Source of the DNA: Telmatocola sphagniphila
GTDB lineage: Bacteria; Planctomycetota; Planctomycetia; Gemmatales; Gemmataceae
Assembly (NCBI RefSeq): GCF_018398935.1
Contig: NZ_CP074694.1
Coordinates: 4,470,001-4,502,000 of the forward strand
Direction: 5' to 3'
DNA length: 32,000 bases
The notes beneath the pieces were generated by a model. It was not told the origin of the DNA, made no database searches, and was given only the letters and a program-made list of their open reading frames with translations. The position numbers were made by a program, and so were the translations under genes. Positions 27,745 to 32,000 of this stretch are shown piece after piece. The stretch's first letter is position 1. Each line of letters starts with the position of its first letter.

Positions 27745-28433
27745 ATGCAGGTCTCCTTTTTACTCATAACCGGCCGGCAACAATCGGATTCCTGCACGCA
27801 CCGGCAGGCGAGTACGCTGGCACTGGCCCCGAGGACCGGAGCAGTAAGATAAATCCATAAACTTTCGAAATGTAATGAAACCACTGCTGGGGCAAGTGAT
27901 CGGGCCGGGTTCATGGATGCGCCAGAAACCGGACCAGCGAAAAGGGCCTCCAGTGTAATTACCGCTCCGACCACTAGTGGAGCCAGATGTCGATTCTCTC
28001 TGGAATGACAGGGAACGCTCAAAATCACAAACATCAGCAGAAACGTCAGGATTGTTTCTAGCAGGAAGGATTGAATGGGCGTCCCGGCAGGAAGAGTCGC
28101 ACCGAGTGAGCCATGCATAGGAAACAAAATTTGCAGCGTGCAGCTGGCAAGGATGGCTCCCGCACACTGGCTAATGATGTACCCAGTAACCTGATATCCC
28201 GAGATTCGCTTTGCGGCGAAAAAGCCAATCGTTACTGCCGGGTTCAAGTGCGCCCCGGAAACCTCACCCACTGCATAAATCATGGCTAAAACGATCAGAC
28301 CGAAAGTCAAGGCAATACCAATAGGAGAGACGGCCCCCCCGCTCACATCATTGACAATAATTGCCCCGGTTCCTGCAAACACCAGGGCGTATGTACCGAG
28401 CATCTCAGCGGTGAGTTTCCGCATATTTGTCAT
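27741..28433 (-). CDS. MIP-family channel (aquaglyceroporin/NIP-like), probable arsenite channel
   Basis: Two NPA boxes (SGAHLNPAVTIG and SGASMNPARSLA) and six hydrophobic helices. The ATG at 28433 (MTNMRKLTAEMLGTYALVF) is preferred. The track's longer ORF would overlap arsR. Confidence 0.85.
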   Translation of the reverse strand: MTNMRKLTAEMLGTYALVFAGTGAIIVNDVSGGAVSPIGIALTFGLIVLAMIYAVGEVSGAHLNPAVTIGFFAAKRISGYQVTGYIISQCAGAILASCTLQILFPMHGSLGATLPAGTPIQSFLLETILTFLLMFVILSVPCHSRENRHLAPLVVGAVITLEALFAGPVSGASMNPARSLAPAVVSLHFESLWIYLTAPVLGASASVLACRCVQESDCCRPVMSKKETCI

Positions 28434-28438
28434 ACTTC

Positions 28439-28828
28439 CTAGGAGATGGTCCGTAGTCGATCTCGCTCTCGGACTTCTTCCATCAGGCAAAGCCCCTGGT
28501 CCAAAAGCGATTTCACGCAAAGATCGACTACCCGATAATAGATGCTGTTGCCATCGCGCCGGGAGCTCAGAATTCCGAGATCGGAGAGCCGCTGCAGTTG
28601 ATTCGATACCGCCTGCGGTTTCATTCCCAGTGCCCGGCCAAGGTCCGTTACGCAGAGTTCATCGGCTCGTACCAATGCATGCAGAATGCGCAAGCGAGTG
28701 TCGTTCGATAACGTTTTAAATACCGACGCCAAACCACCCGCCTGAATGGGTGAGAGAAGAGGCCGGTTCTTCAGCGGCGGCTGAAGGCAGCAATTTTCTT
28801 CGTCCGTAACCGGCTTTTTCGATTTCAT
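28439..28828 (-). CDS. arsR: ArsR-family metalloregulator
   Basis: FKTLSNDTRLRILHALVRADELCVTDLGRALGMKPQAVSNQLQRLSDLGIL is a typical ArsR HTH. It has a vicinal Cys13-Cys14 (EENCCLQ) plus Cys59 in ELCVTDL. First gene of the ars operon. Confidence 0.88.
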   Translation of the reverse strand: MKSKKPVTDEENCCLQPPLKNRPLLSPIQAGGLASVFKTLSNDTRLRILHALVRADELCVTDLGRALGMKPQAVSNQLQRLSDLGILSSRRDGNSIYYRVVDLCVKSLLDQGLCLMEEVRERDRLRTIS

Positions 28829-28847
28829 GTTGAGTCTACCTGATCCA

Positions 28848-28871
28848 CTATTACACTATACAGTGTAATAG
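28848..28871. promoter_or_regulatory. Inverted repeat, candidate ArsR operator of the ars operon
   Basis: CTATTACACT-ATAC-AGTGTAATAG has 10-bp arms and lies 19 bp upstream of start codon 28828. It shares TATTACAC-N6-GTGTAATA with the palindrome at 20459-20482. Confidence 0.7.
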
Positions 28872-28900
28872 AATCGACCAACAGAAATCCGATATTGAAT

Positions 28901-28925
28901 ATAGCAGGATTGAAATACCTGCTGT
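28901..28925 (-). terminator. Possible terminator hairpin after the YdeI gene
   Basis: Stem AGCAGG (28903-28908) / CCTGCT (28918-28923) with a 9-nt loop, followed on the minus strand by an A/T-rich tract. It lies between the stop at 28938 and the ars promoter. Confidence 0.4.
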
Positions 28926-28937
28926 CTTCAGGGAGGT

Positions 28938-29525
28938 TCAATCATCCATGCCTCTGCCAGAAAGAATCTTCTCTCGGTATTTCTCGATTCGCGCTTCGCG
29001 GGTTTTGGCCTGCTTGGCGGCGGCGAAAAAAAGTAGATAGGCGCGCTGCCGGCCCGGAGTCAGCGAGTGAAATGCCTCGTCGAATTTGGCATCGGTTTTA
29101 AAGGCTCTCCGCAATTCTTCCGGCACTTCAAATTCCGAAGTCTTCTTCAATTGAACTTTCAGGCCGGCCTGTTCCACGGCAATCGCTTCGAGAATGTAAG
29201 TCTGCAAAACTTTGCTGAGTTTTTTGATCTGGGCTGTGGAAGTGAAACGGATCTGACGCGGCGCCTGCACGGTCTTGGTTTGTTGAATCAGAATGCCTTG
29301 CGGGTCTTTCAACAAAGCTCCCTTGAAGAAAAGGAAGGCGCAATACTCTTTGAATCCGTGAATGAGCATGATGTTTTTCCCTTCGAATTGATAGCAAGCG
29401 TTACCCCACTTCAATTCTTCGGCTAAATCGCAGCGGAGTGCGATCTTTCGTAACTCCCGGTAGGCCTCCTGCCAGGGAGAAGGTTTGTCGAAATAAAAGT
29501 CGACTTTCGGATTCGGCTGGCTCAT
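28938..29525 (-). CDS. YdeI/OmpD-associated family protein (DUF1801-like N-terminus plus YdeI C-terminus)
   Basis: MSQPNPKVDFYFDKPSPWQEAYRELRKIAL...LTPGRQRAYLLFFAAAKQAKTREARIEKYREKILSGRGMDD. The ATG at 29525 is preferred over the track start at 29588. Confidence 0.8.
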   Translation of the reverse strand: MSQPNPKVDFYFDKPSPWQEAYRELRKIALRCDLAEELKWGNACYQFEGKNIMLIHGFKEYCAFLFFKGALLKDPQGILIQQTKTVQAPRQIRFTSTAQIKKLSKVLQTYILEAIAVEQAGLKVQLKKTSEFEVPEELRRAFKTDAKFDEAFHSLTPGRQRAYLLFFAAAKQAKTREARIEKYREKILSGRGMDD

Positions 29526-29705
29526 GATTTGAGATTCATCCAAAGTAGTGGATATCGACCCTGGGTTGGAAGATTCAGAAGAACTCAATTAAAATGGAAA
29601 CGAAGTCAAGCTCGCGCTTCCGTTTGCTGCCTAGGAACTGATATATAACCGTACTACATCGATTCGAAATTTTTCTGAAGTGAAGAGCTGCTTTCGAGTG
29701 AGCCG

Positions 29706-30128
29706 ATGAAATCGCATACCGAATACCTGACGTTTAACACTCCTACTAAGGTGGCCTTTCTGAACATCACGCCTCAGGTGGCCGAAGCCGTCCGCAAGAG
29801 CGGAGTTCAGGAAGGATTGGCGCTTTGCAATGCCATGCACATCACGGCCAGCGTCTTTATTAATGACGACGAACCGGGTCTGCATCAGGATTTTGGCAAA
29901 TGGCTGGAGCAATTAGCCCCTTTCGACCCAGACCCGAACGTTTACCACCACAACCGCACGGGCGAGGACAACGCCGATGCCCACTTGAAGCGGCAGATCA
30001 TGGGCCGGGAGGTCGTGGTCGCCATCACGAAGGGAAAACTCGACTTTGGGCCGTGGGAGCAGATTTTCTACGGCGAGTTCGACGGCCACCGCCCGAAGCG
30101 GGTGCTGGTGAAGGTCATCGGGGAGTGA
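29706..30128 (+). CDS. yjbQ: YjbQ/UPF0047 family protein (secondary thiamine-phosphate synthase-like)
   Basis: [43 protein letters not shown]...[39 protein letters not shown] is highly characteristic of UPF0047. Confidence 0.85.
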   Translation: MKSHTEYLTFNTPTKVAFLNITPQVAEAVRKSGVQEGLALCNAMHITASVFINDDEPGLHQDFGKWLEQLAPFDPDPNVYHHNRTGEDNADAHLKRQIMGREVVVAITKGKLDFGPWEQIFYGEFDGHRPKRVLVKVIGE

Positions 30129-30131
30129 TTC

Positions 30132-30461
30132 ATGAATCGAGATAGCGTTTTGGCTTGGCTGTCGTCGATGACGGACAAGCAATTTGTCGACTTCTTCTAC
30201 GAGGCTGCGTCCAATCGGGACACATCCGAAATTGATGGTGAGCGTGGCCACTTTGTCTTGGCGAATACAAGCAAGGTGCCGGGTGAAGAACGAGACACGG
30301 TTTTTCTCGCAATGCCCAATCCTATTAACGATTCAGATGGATGGTCAAAGGACTGCCCGATTTGCCAGACAGGTCAATGTACCGAGTGCGGATCGTTGGT
30401 CAGAAGTATCGCAAAACATGCAATTTGTCCGGTTTGTGAAGCAAAGGTCTATTGCACATGA
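30132..30461 (+). CDS. Hypothetical protein with C-terminal zinc-ribbon (7 Cys)
   Basis: Its ATG is 3 nt after the yjbQ stop. C-terminus CPICQTGQCTECGSLVRSIAKHAICPVCEAKVYC. The N-terminal 70 aa match no recognised family. Confidence 0.6.
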   Translation: MNRDSVLAWLSSMTDKQFVDFFYEAASNRDTSEIDGERGHFVLANTSKVPGEERDTVFLAMPNPINDSDGWSKDCPICQTGQCTECGSLVRSIAKHAICPVCEAKVYCT

Positions 30462-30833
30462 CATTGTAGAATTTGGATCAATCGAAGGCGGAAAAGGACC
30501 GCAGCAATTTGACGATCTGCTGCGGGTGCCGCTACGATTTATGGGGGAGTAGAAGGTTAAGTCTAAGCCCCTTTAGGATGAGTACGGACTTCCTTATCAA
30601 TTCGTTTGGGAGATCGTGATCTTTTCAAGAATTCGGGAATCATGATTGGGCCGATTTGGCTTCGGAATCAATCGAACGAGGGAATTTCTGATCTTCAAGC
30701 GCAGACAATATAAATGTCCTGTATTGATTATTACAGGAAAAGGACATAATTTTGAATGACAGGAGTGATAGGGAGGCTAGGAAGGAACGATGTATCAGCT
30801 TGATGGTCGCTACCAATGGCCTAGTCCTTACTG

Positions 30834-31106
30834 TTGACAGCGGCCCTCAAAAGTGCCCGTTGGAAGGTGAAGATCCGGGACAAGGAAAATCGCGAGCCGC
30901 CGCACTTCACCATTATTCGAGGCACAAAATCCTGGCGTATCGATTTGCGTACGGCGGAATTCATGGACGATTCTCCCGATCCTTCGGAAATTCCCAAAGA
31001 GTTGATCGAACTAATCCGGGATGAGGCGAACTGGCAGGAACTTTGCGATGTGTGGGACAAGATGTACCCGCATAATCCCGTTTCTGATGATGAGAATGCA
31101 GACTAA
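30834..31106 (+). CDS. Small hypothetical protein, DUF4160-like N-terminus
   Basis: WKVKIRDKENREPPHFTIIRGTKSWRIDLRT resembles the W-x-hydrophobic...PPH-hydrophobic-H/T-hydrophobic core of DUF4160-type proteins. It has a TTG start and an acidic tail. The stop is 7 nt from the IS end. Weak call. Confidence 0.45.
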   Translation: MTAALKSARWKVKIRDKENREPPHFTIIRGTKSWRIDLRTAEFMDDSPDPSEIPKELIELIRDEANWQELCDVWDKMYPHNPVSDDENAD

Positions 31107-31113
31107 AGCGATG

Positions 31114-32000
31114 GTACCCCTTCACCCTCCTGAACTGAGCTTCACCGGTAGCGGTGGGAGCACTCCCGTGAGCATGTAGGTGTGGAGGGCCGATTCGGTT
31201 TCCTTTAAAGGATCTTGCTCTCGTAACTTCAGGGTGCGATAAATGCTCATCAGAATGCTTCGCGTCCGAGCCCCCTGCTGGCTGTAACTGCCGAAACTGA
31301 CTTTCCGCATCATCACGCCCGGTCGGATTTCTCGCTCCCCCTTATTGTTGCTCTTGGGCACTCCCTCTATTTCCAGAAACGTTAATAGATCGTCGCCGTA
31401 ATCGAACAAACGCTTGGCCAATCTCCGGGCGTGGCGGTTCGTCCACGGTCGCACCGCCAAATCGGTGATCCGCGTCTTAAGCCGCAGCAATCGGCTGTCG
31501 TAGCTCTCTGTTGCAACTCTTCGATACCCGCCTCCAAACGCACAGCATCGGCGTAAATCCGCCACAGTTTCTTGCAGAATTCTGGCCAATCCTCGCCGTT
31601 TTCAGAGCCTTCATCGACGGCCGTCAAATCCCGCAACAAGTGAGGCCAACACTTCTGACGCTTCTGGGTCACGATGTCGTACGCTTTCCAGAAGTCGCTG
31701 ACCAGAACGCCCTGGAAGGCTTCCGTGAAGAAGACCTTCAAGGCCTCGTGACCCCGCTGGGGGTGAATCCGATAATAGGTCGCATCGTCCCGCGCAAAAC
31801 ACCACAGCCAGGACGTCACTCCTTCGGTTCGCCAGCCGGTCTCATCGGCGTGCAGGACGCCGGCCAAAAGGCATTCGCGGTGAATCTGCTCGTACCAGGG
31901 TTCGAGTACCTCGGCCAGACGGTGCCAGATTTCGGTCAAGCCGCCCACGCTGAGTTTCATCTGAAGGTGGCCGTTGAAGACCTCCAGGATCTGACTCGTC
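31114..32000 (-). mobile_element. Second IS66-family copy, inverted relative to the first and truncated by the window edge
   Basis: The terminus GTACCCCTTCACCCTCCTGAACTGAGC (31114 onward) matches the right end of copy 1 (GTAATCTTTCACTCTCCTGAACTGAGC). Distance from terminus to the transposase stop is 8 nt in both copies. Confidence 0.9.
31122..32000 (-). pseudogene. IS66 transposase, frameshifted (1-bp deletion), 5' part outside the window
   Basis: Track ORFs 31382..31960 and 31122..31589 are the same transposase in two frames. Copy 1 reads GAGTTGCAACAGGAGAGCTAC, whereas copy 2 reads GAGTTGCAACAGAGAGCTAC (one G missing near 31509). About ten amino-acid substitutions separate it from copy 1. 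Confidence 0.85.

Noticed and set aside
28434-28520. N-terminal extension of the aquaporin ORF overlapping arsR
   Set aside because: The MIP fold begins at MTNMRKLTAEMLG (ATG 28433). The extension would overlap the arsR 3' end by ~80 nt in another frame.
29589-29705. TPP riboswitch upstream of yjbQ, given its thiamine-related annotation
   Set aside because: No CTGAGA / ACCTGATCTGGATAATGCCAGCG-type conserved core is present.
30752-31024. Track ORF 30752..31024 (+) and antisense ORF 30821..31060 (-) as genes
   Set aside because: Their translations are not protein-like, and they overlap the better-supported frame 30834..31106.
7073-32000. The two IS66 copies acting as a composite transposon that carries the 22.5-kb segment
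   Set aside because: Copy 1 has its own perfect target duplication on both sides, so it is an independent simple insertion. Copy 2 is diverged and frameshifted, and its outer end lies outside the window. Nothing in the sequence supports mobilisation as a unit.
1-32000. CRISPR arrays, tRNA/rRNA/tmRNA/RNase P genes, and canonical defence or toxin-antitoxin systems
   Set aside because: There are no regularly spaced direct repeats. No T-loop (GGTTCGAATCC-like) or other conserved RNA cores were seen in the intergenic regions, and no nuclease, ATPase or reverse-transcriptase genes typical of defence systems are present.

Overview
The window looks like chromosomal DNA from a moderately GC-rich bacterium. 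The gene content suggests Planctomycetota, possibly Gemmataceae-like: a Tat-signal sulfatase, DUF1579, a TIGR03032-like protein, a DUF4214-tailed giant surface protein with an N-terminal LEGRIVP motif, and ECF42 with DGPF proteins. This taxonomic call is inference only. About 33 protein-coding genes are supportable, including one split by an IS and one probable 5'-truncated remnant, plus a second frameshifted IS66 transposase. I found no tRNA, rRNA or CRISPR array. Layout: (1) 0-6.6 kb holds housekeeping or accessory enzymes (GNAT, sulfatase, DUF1579, an AlkB-NUDIX pair, and a PKD/Cys-rich gene remnant). (2) 6.6-10.3 kb is an AT-richer islet with an intact single-ORF IS66-family element (7073-8597). 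It has an 8-bp target duplication and splits a small gene. (3) 10.4-20.4 kb encodes secreted or envelope proteins: a glycoside-hydrolase-like protein, two membrane proteins, an esterase, a 1010-aa Ig-repeat/DUF4214 protein and a TIGR03032-like protein. (4) 20.4-30.5 kb is a dense stress/detox island with two ArsR modules, ECF42 with two DGPF/YciI genes, MarR with a QueG-like Fe-S/SCP2 fusion, arsR-aquaporin-arsC-DUF1801, two YdeI genes and YjbQ. (5) 31.1 kb to the window end is a second, inverted, diverged and frameshifted IS66 copy. No canonical defence, CRISPR, retron or RiPP system is visible. The three best candidates for something undescribed are as follows. First, the same TATTACAC-N6-GTGTAATA operator sits in front of two different ArsR operons, which suggests a two-operon metalloid regulon. 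Second, a MarR-controlled QueG/RdhA-like Fe-S protein is fused to SCP2, and a duplicated 20-nt box precedes both genes. Third, a PKD/Cys-rich reading frame is open for 882 nt apart from one in-frame TGA. All functional calls rest on motif recognition by eye; no database search was run.
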